From Candidatus Latescibacterota bacterium (GTDB taxonomy: Bacteria; Latescibacterota; UBA2968; UBA8231), in contig CBDETK010000013.1 in the NCBI GenBank assembly GCA_965242865.1, forward strand, positions 4,064,001-4,128,000: a stretch of DNA of 64,000 nt, in the 5' to 3' direction. The notes beneath the pieces were generated by a model. The model made no database searches. It had not been told where the DNA came from and was given only the letters and a program-made list of their open reading frames with translations. The translations under genes were made by a program, and so were the position numbers. Every line of letters starts with the position of its first letter. The stretch's first letter is position 1. Below are positions 31,926 to 41,590 of the stretch, piece after piece.

Positions 31926-33575
31926 ATGACCGTTTCTACCGATGAGCTCCAAACTTGGATGAATGCCAAGGAAGACGAGCGTCTAGAGTTCAAAGCGGCA
32001 AGTGCTAATTTCCACTTTGAGACCTTGGTGAAGTACTGCGTCGCCTTCGCTAATGAAGGCGGTGGAAGGATGATCTTGGGCATAACCGATAAGCTGCCGC
32101 GCACGGTGGTTGGGAGTCAGGCGTTTCTCGATCTCGAACGGACGAAGGCCAGCCTGATTGAGCGACTGCGGTTGCGCGTTGAGGTCGAGGAAATTCAGCA
32201 TCCGAACGGTCGGGTTCTGGTCTTTCAAATCCCCACTCGTCCGATTGGTGTGCCTATGCAGTATAAAGGCGCGTATTGGATGCGTAGTGGAGAGGACCTT
32301 GTTCCCATGACGCCGGATCAACTCCAGCGCATTTTTGCCGAGGCCAGCCCGGATTTCTCGTCTGAGACTTGTACGTCTGCCCAATTAGACGATCTCGACC
32401 CAATCGCCGTGGACGTTCTGCGTAGGCTCTGGCAGCGGAAATCACCCGATCAAGACATCTCGACCCGTCCCGTGGAGCAGCTCTTGGCAGATGCGGAATT
32501 ACTTATTGATGGCGAGGTGACGTACGCAGCACTAATCCTGCTGGGTACGCGCAAAGCCTTGGGCAAATACCTCGCCCAAGCGGAGCTTATTTTTGAATAC
32601 CGCTTCAACGAAGTGCCGGGACCGGCGGCGGAACGATGTGAATTCAGACAAGGCTTTCTTCCTGTGCTCGACGAGATCTGGCGACTTATCAACCAGCGCA
32701 ATGATCTGCAACACTTTCAACAGGGATTCTTTATTTGGGACGTGCCGACGTTCAACGAGCGCGTGGTTCGCGAAGCTGTCTTGAACGCAGTCAGTCACCG
32801 CGATTATCGGTATGGAGGCTCTGTCTTCGTGCGCCAGTATCCGCGACGCATCGAGATCGTCAGCCCCGGTGGATTCCCGGCCGGTATCACCCCTGAGAAC
32901 ATCCTTCGGCAACAAAATCCGCGCAATCGCCGTATCGCCGAAGTCCTCGGCAAATGCGGCTTGGTCGAGCGAGCCGGGCAGGGGTTTGATCGCATCTTTC
33001 GCGAGTGCATTCAGCAGAGTAAGCCGTTGCCGGACTTTGTCCACACGGATGCCCACTCCGTATGGCTCACGCTGCACGGCGATATTCAAGACCCGGAATT
33101 CCTGCGTTTTCTGGAGGAGATTGGTCGGGAACAAGTGGCCGCATTCAGCCTCGACGATTTGCTAGTGGTCGGTTTCGTCCACCGCGAGCAGCCTGTTTCC
33201 GATGACCTTAAACCGAGGGTTGAGCATTTGCTGGAACAGGGCATCATTGAGCGCGTGGGACGCGGGCGGGGTGTGCGGCTGCTGCTGTCTCGGCAATTTT
33301 ACCGGCACCTCGGTAAGGCTGGGGTCTATACGCGCAAGCGCGGATTGGACCGGGAGACGAACAAGGAGTTGTTGCTGAAGCACATTCAAGACAACCGGAA
33401 AGAAGGGAGCCAGTTGCGGGAACTGAGGCAGGTACTACCCGCGCTTTCGCGGGATCAAGTGCAGAGTTTGCTTCGGGGTTTGAAGAACGAGGGACGCATA
33501 TATAAAGTTGGAACCACTAGGGCCGCTCGCTGGTATCCAGGGAGACCTCCATTTGGAATTGCGTCAAAAGAATAA
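31926..33575 (+). CDS. AlbA_2/Schlafen-like domain + HATPase-like (RecG C-terminal-like) + winged-helix protein
   Basis: EDERLEFK...VAFANEGGGRMILGITD; REAVLNAVSHRDY; SPGGFP; PRNRRIA; C-terminal HTH. Confidence 0.88.
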   Translation: MTVSTDELQTWMNAKEDERLEFKAASANFHFETLVKYCVAFANEGGGRMILGITDKLPRTVVGSQAFLDLERTKASLIERLRLRVEVEEIQHPNGRVLVFQIPTRPIGVPMQYKGAYWMRSGEDLVPMTPDQLQRIFAEASPDFSSETCTSAQLDDLDPIAVDVLRRLWQRKSPDQDISTRPVEQLLADAELLIDGEVTYAALILLGTRKALGKYLAQAELIFEYRFNEVPGPAAERCEFRQGFLPVLDEIWRLINQRNDLQHFQQGFFIWDVPTFNERVVREAVLNAVSHRDYRYGGSVFVRQYPRRIEIVSPGGFPAGITPENILRQQNPRNRRIAEVLGKCGLVERAGQGFDRIFRECIQQSKPLPDFVHTDAHSVWLTLHGDIQDPEFLRFLEEIGREQVAAFSLDDLLVVGFVHREQPVSDDLKPRVEHLLEQGIIERVGRGRGVRLLLSRQFYRHLGKAGVYTRKRGLDRETNKELLLKHIQDNRKEGSQLRELRQVLPALSRDQVQSLLRGLKNEGRIYKVGTTRAARWYPGRPPFGIASKE

Positions 33576-33833
33576 ATAAGCCAAAAAGCGCAATTAATTA
33601 CGCAATTAGGCGCAATCCATTTTATAAGTATCTGTTTATTATATCGTTATGTTTAGACATTTGTGCCAGCATTTATTGCTTATACCGCAATAAGTCGTAA
33701 TTCATCCGGCATAAATACGGGTAGCGGCGCAAGGAGCAGGGCGTGGGACGGCGTCATCGTTCTTGCACCGCCCCCCTGCGTCGTTAAGTTAGCCTGAAAG
33801 TGGAATCGTGGATTTCGGAAAGCGAGTTTGAGC

Positions 33834-34529
33834 ATGGTCACTCAACAAGAAATTGCTGAATTCAGCGGCGAAACGGTCCGCAACGTCGCCGGAACACTGA
33901 TCTGGTTGGCGCGGCCTCCTGAACGATCGGAAGCACTAAGCTGGAACGAGCTCGCAGACCTGCTCGCGAACGAGGATATAGATAAAGACAAAGTACAAGG
34001 CGCGATAGAGCTATTAACCGCCAGCTTTCATAACCGCCACGATGCCGTAGTTGACGTCTGCACCGCCTTTCAGGATCGGCTCCAGAAAGCGGTTGAAGGT
34101 TTTCCTTTAGGCAACGAAATGGACCCTGACGACATCGCGGTCCCGGAATTGGAGAAAAGCGAGGAATACTTCCGCAAGGAAAGGGAAGAACTGCGCGGTA
34201 TTCGGGACGCCTTGCAACGGACAGGGGGCACAGAAGCATACGGTGCTGAGGTATTCGCAGCATTGGGACGCTTGGACGAGCTGTTTGAATATCTCGTTGC
34301 GTCGTTCCAAGAGCTTCGCTGGACTATAATGATCCACGACGGGGCACTCGCTTCGAGCACAGGCGGAACATGCGCCAGCGGAGCAGAATTTATGGCGTCA
34401 ATGGAGACGTCCGGGGTTGATTCGCCTTCACTTCGTCCGCGACGAAGTTCTCGTACTGTGAAATTGCCGCGGACGCATCCCTGTGGGGCCGTTGGCATTT
34501 TTGTCGGGATGTGTAGATTGTATAGGTAA
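33834..34529 (+). CDS. Hypothetical acidic helical protein
   Basis: Long ORF with protein-like composition and lower GC than flanks; last ~40 aa look like non-coding read-through. Confidence 0.55.
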   Translation: MVTQQEIAEFSGETVRNVAGTLIWLARPPERSEALSWNELADLLANEDIDKDKVQGAIELLTASFHNRHDAVVDVCTAFQDRLQKAVEGFPLGNEMDPDDIAVPELEKSEEYFRKEREELRGIRDALQRTGGTEAYGAEVFAALGRLDELFEYLVASFQELRWTIMIHDGALASSTGGTCASGAEFMASMETSGVDSPSLRPRRSSRTVKLPRTHPCGAVGIFVGMCRLYR

Positions 34530-34540
34530 AGGATAAACGG

Positions 34541-35158
34541 ATGATACAGCGTGCATACATGCCCCTCGTCTGGATCGGCTTGCTGGTGGCGAGTGGGGCC
34601 GAGGCGGTGCGCATCCAAGACGCCGGGCCCGAAGAAGTGCCCAAGCGGCCGCACGATGGCTACTATGCTGCGGTAGGCTTGGGTTTCATCAACTTGGATC
34701 ATCGCGGCTCGGGCGTGCGCGTCCCCTTGGGGTTTAGGGCGGTGTTCAACCGCTGGCGTCTCATTGGCTCGGCCAATGTGCTCGATGTGAGCTTCCACGA
34801 AGGGGACGACTACGACCCGCGTTACGTCCGGCCCTTTCCCTCCTCTACGGCCTGCTTTGATTCGCGGACTGGATACCGCGTGCCGGCCTACCGCTGCTCG
34901 GGCGGCACGGATTGGCTCCGCTCGCTCAGTGCGGATCTGGCCTATGTCGTCCTCGACGAAGTGTGGATTGCCGGCCGACCGAGCAAGCTGTTCGCCGGGT
35001 TGGGCTACCGCCACCTAGACCCCGTGACGGCGTATGGAACCTTGGGGTTGTTTTTCGATGCTCCGGGCCGGACCGTCGGCAGCTTTAAGGTGCTAGTCGG
35101 CCGGGGCTACGTCACTTTGGGGCTGCTGTGGGGCTTTGATTTGCGCCGCGTCTTTTAG
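34541..35158 (+). CDS. Putative small outer-membrane beta-barrel protein
   Basis: Signal peptide ending AEA, amphipathic beta strands, a Cys pair, C-terminal Phe. Confidence 0.55.
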   Translation: MIQRAYMPLVWIGLLVASGAEAVRIQDAGPEEVPKRPHDGYYAAVGLGFINLDHRGSGVRVPLGFRAVFNRWRLIGSANVLDVSFHEGDDYDPRYVRPFPSSTACFDSRTGYRVPAYRCSGGTDWLRSLSADLAYVVLDEVWIAGRPSKLFAGLGYRHLDPVTAYGTLGLFFDAPGRTVGSFKVLVGRGYVTLGLLWGFDLRRVF

Positions 35159-35165
35159 AGGATTT

Positions 35166-37709
35166 ATGGTCGCTTGGCCTCTTTGCGCGGCCTTGGCTCT
35201 CCTATCTGTGGGCGCGGCCGCGCAAACGCTACCCACCGAAGTGCATCCGGGCCTGCTCTTTTCCGCCGCCGACATTCCCCTGCTCAAAGAGCGCATTGAG
35301 CGCGAACCTTATGCCACGTGGTGGCAGGCCGTGTTGCAGCGGGCGCGAACCGCCCCGGCGACCTTTGCCGACGAGCGCGCCGAGGTCCGCTACGCCAAGT
35401 CCCTCGCCTTTGCTTGGCTGATGACCGACCAGGCCGCGTTTGCCGAGCGGGCGTTGGAAGTGATGCAGGGGGTGGCGTTCCCCCCGCGCGGCGGCGATTT
35501 GGGCGAACCGCACAACGAGGGCGAGGTCGTGGCCCAGTACGCGGTGGCGTACGACATCCTGCACCCGTACGCTGCGGCCAACGACCCACAGGCCCTGCAA
35601 GCGATGCGGGCCATGCTCGGGGAGGAAGCCGACCGCCTGTGGAAGGGCATCGTGATTGGCAGGGTGGGGGTGGGGCTGTTCCCGGTCAAAATCCGCTTGC
35701 ACGAGACCCCGCATCTCGACAACTGGCACATCCGCGCGTACAGCGGCCTCGGGCTAGCGGCCTTGGCCTTGAGCGAGTACGCCCACGGCTCGCCGCAGGA
35801 ATGGGCTGACCGCGCCTTGGCGATGGTCACCAAAAGCCTCGACTTCCAAATTGAAGAAAGGGATGGGGGATACGCGGAGGGGCCGTTTTACAGTCGCTAC
35901 GCCGCGGATGTCTATCTGCCCTACTTGTTCGCGCTCAAAAACCGCACCGGCTTGGACCTGTTTGCCGACCCCAAGATCGAGAAGATGCACGATTGGTCCC
36001 TGAACCTGCGGTTGCCCAATGGCCGGCGGCCCAACATCGACGACAGCCACCTAGACGATTTCTACGGTCATTACCTAGCGGCCGTGCAAGCCAATGGTGG
36101 GGTTCATCGCTGGGATTGGGAGAACAATGAGCGCGGCCTGTACGTGCGCCAATTTGCCGAGATGGACGCCATCGCCCTGTACGACGACCGCGTGCCGGCG
36201 CAAGAGCCGACGCACGGCCCGTCGGTTTTTATGCCGGGGGCTGGAGACGCCGTCTTCCGCAGCGACTGGTCGGCCGCCGGGACGTACCTGCTCTTGCGCG
36301 GCGAAAACGGCCCGGCCCGCGAGCGCGGCCTCGCGCACGAACACCCCGACGGAACCAGCTTTGTGCTCTACGCCGCCGGCGAGATGCTGGCCTTGGACGC
36401 AGGTTACATCAATTTTGACAACCGCGACAAGGTCAACAAAGGCCGCGACCACAACCTAGTGTTGATCGATGGCCAAGGGCCGCCGCGCCGGACCGTGCCC
36501 GTGTTGGGGACCGTCGGCGATCGCCACGACGCCTTTATCGAGGACTTCTTCGCGAGCGCCGCGGGCGACTACGCGGAAGTCCGCACGGCCTACCGGGGAG
36601 TTGAGCTGAGGCGGCGGGTCTTTTTTGCCGACCACCAGTACTTCTTCGTAGCCGACGAAATCGACGATCCGGGCCGGCACCACGCCTACGAGTGGCGGCT
36701 GCACGGCAACGGCGGCGGCACCAGCAGGGGCGCGTATAGCCGCGCGGGCAACTTGGCGCGTTGGACGCGGGCAAAGGCCGAGTTGCTGGCGTTTTTGCCG
36801 GACCAAGCCGGCCGAGTCGCGCTCGAAAGCGAGGCGGTCCACTCCTTTGATTATCGCCGAGAGCAGACCCACGCGGTGTTGCGGGTGCAGCAAGAGGGCG
36901 TGGATGGGCGGTACTTAGCCGTGCTGTATCCGCGGCCGATTGGGGAGGCCGAGCCGGCGTTTGCGACCGCATCCGCGCAAGGGGGCGAGGCGGCTGTCGT
37001 GGCGTTGGCCGGAGCGCGGGATTTGGCTTGGCTCCGCCACGGCCATGCGTCCGAAGTGGCTGTATCCGGCCCGGACGTGCGCTTGGTCAGCGACGCCCGT
37101 TTCGGCTACGTCCGCTACGTCGCTGGGCAACTCGCTCGCTTTGCAGCCCAAGACGCGACCTATCTGTTGGCCGACGGCGCGACGGTCTTCCGCGCCAGCG
37201 AAGCGATTGACGTGAGCATGGAGCGAGACGACGGTACGGGTTTCGCACGCGGCCCCAGCGCGGGCTATCAGCTAAAAATGCCCCATGCTGGAAATGAGTG
37301 GACCGCGGCTCGCTTCCGCGGCCGCGCGTGGCAGGGCACGGCCGTAGAAGGCGAGCTGCTCGTGCTGGAGCTAGCGGGCGAGGGGACGCTAACGCTGCGA
37401 GCGGACCGGCGCGGCGAAGCACAAAAGGAGGCGCAGCCGCGCCCAGATCGCTACGCCTTGCATCCAAACGCACCCAACCCATTCAATCCGACGACCAAAA
37501 TCCGCTTTGATTTGCCCACCGTTAGCTTGGTCGAACTAACGGTGTACAACGCCTTGGGGCAGGAAGTCGAGCGGTTGGTGGAGTGGCCGCTGCCGGCGGG
37601 GCGGCACGAGGTGGAGTGGGACGCGACCGGCTATCGGAGCGGCCTCTACTTCTACGCGCTCAAAGCCGATTCCTACCGCGCCCAGCGCAAGATGCTGCTG
37701 CTGCGCTGA
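35166..37709 (+). CDS. Secreted heparinase II/III-like polysaccharide lyase with FlgD-Ig/T9SS-like C-terminal sorting domain
   Basis: Signal peptide AAA|Q; HPGLLF; DGGYAEGPFY; HEHPD..SF; HNLVLIDGQG; C-terminal NAPNPFNPTTKIRFDLP...RKMLLLR. Confidence 0.8.
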   Translation: MVAWPLCAALALLSVGAAAQTLPTEVHPGLLFSAADIPLLKERIEREPYATWWQAVLQRARTAPATFADERAEVRYAKSLAFAWLMTDQAAFAERALEVMQGVAFPPRGGDLGEPHNEGEVVAQYAVAYDILHPYAAANDPQALQAMRAMLGEEADRLWKGIVIGRVGVGLFPVKIRLHETPHLDNWHIRAYSGLGLAALALSEYAHGSPQEWADRALAMVTKSLDFQIEERDGGYAEGPFYSRYAADVYLPYLFALKNRTGLDLFADPKIEKMHDWSLNLRLPNGRRPNIDDSHLDDFYGHYLAAVQANGGVHRWDWENNERGLYVRQFAEMDAIALYDDRVPAQEPTHGPSVFMPGAGDAVFRSDWSAAGTYLLLRGENGPARERGLAHEHPDGTSFVLYAAGEMLALDAGYINFDNRDKVNKGRDHNLVLIDGQGPPRRTVPVLGTVGDRHDAFIEDFFASAAGDYAEVRTAYRGVELRRRVFFADHQYFFVADEIDDPGRHHAYEWRLHGNGGGTSRGAYSRAGNLARWTRAKAELLAFLPDQAGRVALESEAVHSFDYRREQTHAVLRVQQEGVDGRYLAVLYPRPIGEAEPAFATASAQGGEAAVVALAGARDLAWLRHGHASEVAVSGPDVRLVSDARFGYVRYVAGQLARFAAQDATYLLADGATVFRASEAIDVSMERDDGTGFARGPSAGYQLKMPHAGNEWTAARFRGRAWQGTAVEGELLVLELAGEGTLTLRADRRGEAQKEAQPRPDRYALHPNAPNPFNPTTKIRFDLPTVSLVELTVYNALGQEVERLVEWPLPAGRHEVEWDATGYRSGLYFYALKADSYRAQRKMLLLR

Positions 37710-37849
37710 TGACATAAGGCTGGCCGCAACGTGCTCGGCGCAGTCGCCACCGCGAGCGCGGGCGGGATTTGTCCCGATTGCGGTCAGCCGCTATCTTTTT
37801 GGCGATGGTGAGGCCGTTGTCAGGCGATGTCAACACAGGAGATTTTGCG

Positions 37850-38143
37850 ATGAAATCGGCACTTGAACTGGCCATGGAAAAGGCCGACGAGGCGGTCGGG
37901 GGCGCAGCGGGGATTAAGCTGACAGACGAGCAGAAAGAGGCCATAGATCAGGTGCGCAAGCAGTACGAGGCCAAGTGGGCCGAGCAAGAAATCGCGCTCA
38001 AGGGGCAGCTAGAACGGCCCCCAGACGCAGACCCGCAGGCCCTCGTCGAAGTGCGCCGCCAAGTGCAGGAGCAAATGAGCAAAGTTCGCAACCAGCTCTT
38101 TGCCGAGCGCGACGCCAAAATCGAGGCGATTCGCAACCCGTAG
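37850..38143 (+). CDS. Small conserved hypothetical coiled-coil protein
   Basis: SD AGGAGA before ATG 37850; starts MKSALELAMEK. Confidence 0.65.
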   Translation: MKSALELAMEKADEAVGGAAGIKLTDEQKEAIDQVRKQYEAKWAEQEIALKGQLERPPDADPQALVEVRRQVQEQMSKVRNQLFAERDAKIEAIRNP

Positions 38144-38149
38144 GTGCGT

Positions 38150-39829
38150 ATGCAGCCAAACTACGAAGTCGATATGAGATTGAACGTCCCGACGCGCATG
38201 CGGGACGGCGTCGATCTTTCTTCGGACCTCTATCTGCCGAGGGCAGCGGGTCGATGCCCGGCCGTGTTGATGCGAACGCCGTACGACAACAACGCGCCGC
38301 CCATGATCGAGAAGGCCATGCGGCTCGCCAACAGCGGCTATGCCTGCGTCGTCCAAGACGTGCGGGGCCGCTGGGACTCCGATGGGGTTCACTACGCGCT
38401 GTTCGACCACGGCCCGGACGGTTTTGATACGCAGCAATGGATTGGTCAGCAGGAGTGGAGCAACGGCAAAATCGGCATGGCCGGCGGCTCGTACCTCGGC
38501 TGGGTGCAGTGGCAGAGCGCGCCGCACCGCAGCCAGCACCTGACGTGCATGGCGCCTAGGGTCATGTGCGGCGATTTGTACTCGGGCCTCATTCACCCCG
38601 GCGGGGCGTTCCAACTCAACGTCGCCCTCACGTGGGGGATGCGGACCAATGGCCGGACCGCTCAGAGCATCGAGTACCACAACTGGACGGAGGCCTTTCG
38701 CGCCATCCCGCTCATCGACATGGACCAACAGGCCGGCCGTACGCTGCGGTTTTGGCGGGATTGGGTGACGCACACCGAATACGATGCCTACTGGGACTCG
38801 GTCAACGTCGAAAACAAGTGGGGCGAAATCGCGGCCCCCGCGCTGATAATGGGAGGCTGGTACGACCTCTACTCCCACAATACCTTTATCAACTTCAATG
38901 GTCTAAGGCGGCATGGGCGGACCCCCGAAGCTAGGCAAAGTCAACTCATCGTCGGGCCTTGGCCGCACGCGCTCAGCGTTTCTACCAAGACCGGCGACAT
39001 CGACTTTGGCGCGAACTCGCTGTACGACTTGGAGGCGTTGGAGCTGCGTTGGTTTGATTATTGGCTAAAGGGCCGCGACAACGGCATCGTCGGCGAGGCC
39101 CCGCTGCGGCTGTTCATAATGGGCGTCAATGAATGGCGAGACGAGTGCGAATGGCCGCTGGCTAGGACCGACTGGCAAAAGTGGTATCTACACTCGTCCG
39201 GCAACGCCAACACCCTGTTGGGCGACGGCCGTCTATCGCCGGCTGAGCCGGGTGCCGAGCCGGCGGATCACTTCGCGTACGATCCCGATTTTCCCGTGCA
39301 GACTGTGGGCGGAAACAACTGTTGCTCGCCCCACATTGTGCCTTGGGGCCCTTACGACCAGCGCGATGTGGAGATGAGGGCCGACGTGCTCTGCTACACC
39401 AGCGAGCCTTTGGCCGCCGACCTCGAGGTGACCGGGCCGATCAAGGTGGTCCTATACGCCGCTACAGACGGGCTAGATACCGACTGGACCGCCAAGCTAG
39501 TGGACGTGTCCACTAGCGGGTACGCCAAGAACCTCTGCGACGGCATCGTCCGGGCGCGCTACCGCGAGGGCTTTGCCGCGCCCCAGTTGCTCCAGCCCAA
39601 TCAAACGTACCAGTACGAGATTGAGCTGGCCGTCACCGGCAATGTCTTCAAGAAGGGGCACCGGATCAGAGTTGAAGTGTCCTCGTCTAATTTTCCGCGC
39701 TTTGACCGCAACCACAACACCGGCAACGAACTCGGCACAGACACCGCCATGCGAAGCGCGCAACAGACGGTGCAACACTCCAGAGCGCATCCGTCGCACG
39801 TGCTTTTGCCAGTGATTCCGTGCGGCTAA
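38150..39829 (+). CDS. CocE/NonD family serine hydrolase
   Basis: MRDGVDL, RTPY, QDVRGR..SDG, GGSYLG nucleophile motif, GGWYD, GPWPH, VSSSNFPRFDRN. Confidence 0.93.
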   Translation: MQPNYEVDMRLNVPTRMRDGVDLSSDLYLPRAAGRCPAVLMRTPYDNNAPPMIEKAMRLANSGYACVVQDVRGRWDSDGVHYALFDHGPDGFDTQQWIGQQEWSNGKIGMAGGSYLGWVQWQSAPHRSQHLTCMAPRVMCGDLYSGLIHPGGAFQLNVALTWGMRTNGRTAQSIEYHNWTEAFRAIPLIDMDQQAGRTLRFWRDWVTHTEYDAYWDSVNVENKWGEIAAPALIMGGWYDLYSHNTFINFNGLRRHGRTPEARQSQLIVGPWPHALSVSTKTGDIDFGANSLYDLEALELRWFDYWLKGRDNGIVGEAPLRLFIMGVNEWRDECEWPLARTDWQKWYLHSSGNANTLLGDGRLSPAEPGAEPADHFAYDPDFPVQTVGGNNCCSPHIVPWGPYDQRDVEMRADVLCYTSEPLAADLEVTGPIKVVLYAATDGLDTDWTAKLVDVSTSGYAKNLCDGIVRARYREGFAAPQLLQPNQTYQYEIELAVTGNVFKKGHRIRVEVSSSNFPRFDRNHNTGNELGTDTAMRSAQQTVQHSRAHPSHVLLPVIPCG

Positions 39830-39869
39830 AAGCACGTGCCAGCGAGCATCGCGCCTAGCCCGAGTGCAA

Positions 39870-39898
39870 TTGACAGTGCAAATAGTAGGGCCTACTAT
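39870..39898 (+). promoter_or_regulatory. Putative sigma70 promoter of gltA with a palindrome overlapping the -10 box
   Basis: TTGACA-17 nt-TACTAT; ATAGTAGG-G-CCTACTAT inverted repeat at 39882-39898. Confidence 0.65.
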
Positions 39899-39979
39899 CT
39901 GATAAAAACAGCACGCCGGTCTCGTTTGCGGCGCGGCTTCGCGCCCGGGACGACCGGGTTACAGGAAGGAGAACAGGAC

Positions 39980-41263
39980 ATGGTGGAAACGGCCCGCTTG
40001 CAGGCTGGGGATCAGGTCGCCGAACTGCCTATCGTCGTCGGCAGCGAGGGCGAAAAGGCACTCGATATTGCCAAACTGCGCGCCGAGACCGGGTATATCG
40101 CCCTAGACCCCGGCTACGGCAATACGGGTTCTTGCCAGAGCGATATTACCTTTATCGATGGCGACGAGGGCATCTTGCGCTACCGGGGCTATGCAATTGA
40201 GGACTTGGCCGAGCACAGCCGCTTCATCGAGGTCGCTTATTTGCTGATCTGGGGCGAGTTGCCCAACGCCGCCCAGCTAGACGAGTTCAGTGCGCTGCTG
40301 ACCAAGCACCAGATGCTGCGCGAGGAGCTAAAGCAGCACTTCAGCCTCTTTCCACCCAACTCCCCGCCGATGGCCGTACTGTCCTCGGTGCTCAATGCCT
40401 TGAGCTGCTACTACCCCGAGCTGTTGGAGATTCAGGACGAGGAGACCTTTATCGAAGCGTCCGCACGCATCATGTCCAAGGTCCGCACCATTGCCGCCTA
40501 TTCCCACCGCCAGCAGCTCGGGCACCACATCGAGTACCCGCACCCCAAGAAGCGGTACGCCGAGAATTTCCTGCACATGATGTTCAGCCAGCCGTACAAC
40601 GAGTTTGAGGCAGACCCCGTGCTGATTGACGCGCTGGATTTGATTTTTCTCCTCCACGCCGACCACGAGCAGAATTGCAGCACCTCTACGGTGCGGATGG
40701 TCGGCAGCAGCGAGGCCAACCTCTTTGCCTCGGTCGCGGCTGGCGTCTCCGCCCTGTGGGGGCCGCTGCACGGCGGGGCGAATGTGGCGGTCGTCGATAT
40801 GCTAGAAAAAATCCGCGACGAAAACATCTCGGTCGGCGACTACGTCGAGCAGGTCAAGGACAAGAAGGCCGGGATCCGCTTGATGGGGTTTGGGCATCGG
40901 GTGTACAAGAATTTTGACCCGCGCGCCAAGATCATCAAAAAGAGCTGCGAGAAGGTATTGGCCAAGCTCCACGTCAACGACGCCTTGCTCGACATAGCGA
41001 AAGAGCTAGAAGCCGTCGCGCTGGGGGACGAGTACTTCATCGAGCGCAAGCTCTATCCCAACGTGGATTTCTACAGCGGCGTCATTCTCCGCGCCCTCGG
41101 CATTCCCAAGGAGATGTTCACGGTGATTTTTGCCATCGGCCGCATGCCGGGCTGGATCGCGCATTGGTACGAGGAGAGCAAGGCCACCAAAATCAGCCGC
41201 CCACGCCAAGTGTACACCGGCTCGGTGCAGCGGACCTATCGGCCCCTCGTAGCGCGGCCCTGA
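39980..41263 (+). CDS. gltA: Citrate synthase
   Basis: DPGYGNTGSC, LHADHEQNCST, GPLHGGAN, GFGHRVYKNFDPRA, YPNVDFYSG; start moved to ATG 39980. Confidence 0.96.
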   Translation: MVETARLQAGDQVAELPIVVGSEGEKALDIAKLRAETGYIALDPGYGNTGSCQSDITFIDGDEGILRYRGYAIEDLAEHSRFIEVAYLLIWGELPNAAQLDEFSALLTKHQMLREELKQHFSLFPPNSPPMAVLSSVLNALSCYYPELLEIQDEETFIEASARIMSKVRTIAAYSHRQQLGHHIEYPHPKKRYAENFLHMMFSQPYNEFEADPVLIDALDLIFLLHADHEQNCSTSTVRMVGSSEANLFASVAAGVSALWGPLHGGANVAVVDMLEKIRDENISVGDYVEQVKDKKAGIRLMGFGHRVYKNFDPRAKIIKKSCEKVLAKLHVNDALLDIAKELEAVALGDEYFIERKLYPNVDFYSGVILRALGIPKEMFTVIFAIGRMPGWIAHWYEESKATKISRPRQVYTGSVQRTYRPLVARP

Positions 41264-41297
41264 AATTTTGTCTATATCGTTGAGAAAGGATTAGGGG

Positions 41298-41588
41298 ATG
41301 CAGCCCAGAATCAGTATGCGCCACGGCAAGATCTCGGAAGAGACGAAAGCGCACATTGCCAGTTCTTGTACCAAGCTCGAAAACTACTTCGACCGCATCG
41401 TGGATTGCGAAGTCATCCTCGACCGGGAAAAGCACGACGACAAGGTAGAAATTATCCTCAAGGTACCGCACCGCACCTTTGCGGCCACCGGAGCGGCGAA
41501 CAATCTTTACAAGGCCCTCGCCGAAGCCGAGTCCAAGATCCAAAGCCAGCTTAAAAAACACCACGACAAGCTGGTGTCCCACCACTGA
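41298..41588 (+). CDS. hpf: Ribosome hibernation promoting factor, short form (RaiA/HPF)
   Basis: 96 aa with RH..ISE, KLENYFDRI, NLYKAL...KIQSQLKKHHDK. Confidence 0.82.
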   Translation: MQPRISMRHGKISEETKAHIASSCTKLENYFDRIVDCEVILDREKHDDKVEIILKVPHRTFAATGAANNLYKALAEAESKIQSQLKKHHDKLVSHH

Positions 41589-41590
41589 AA

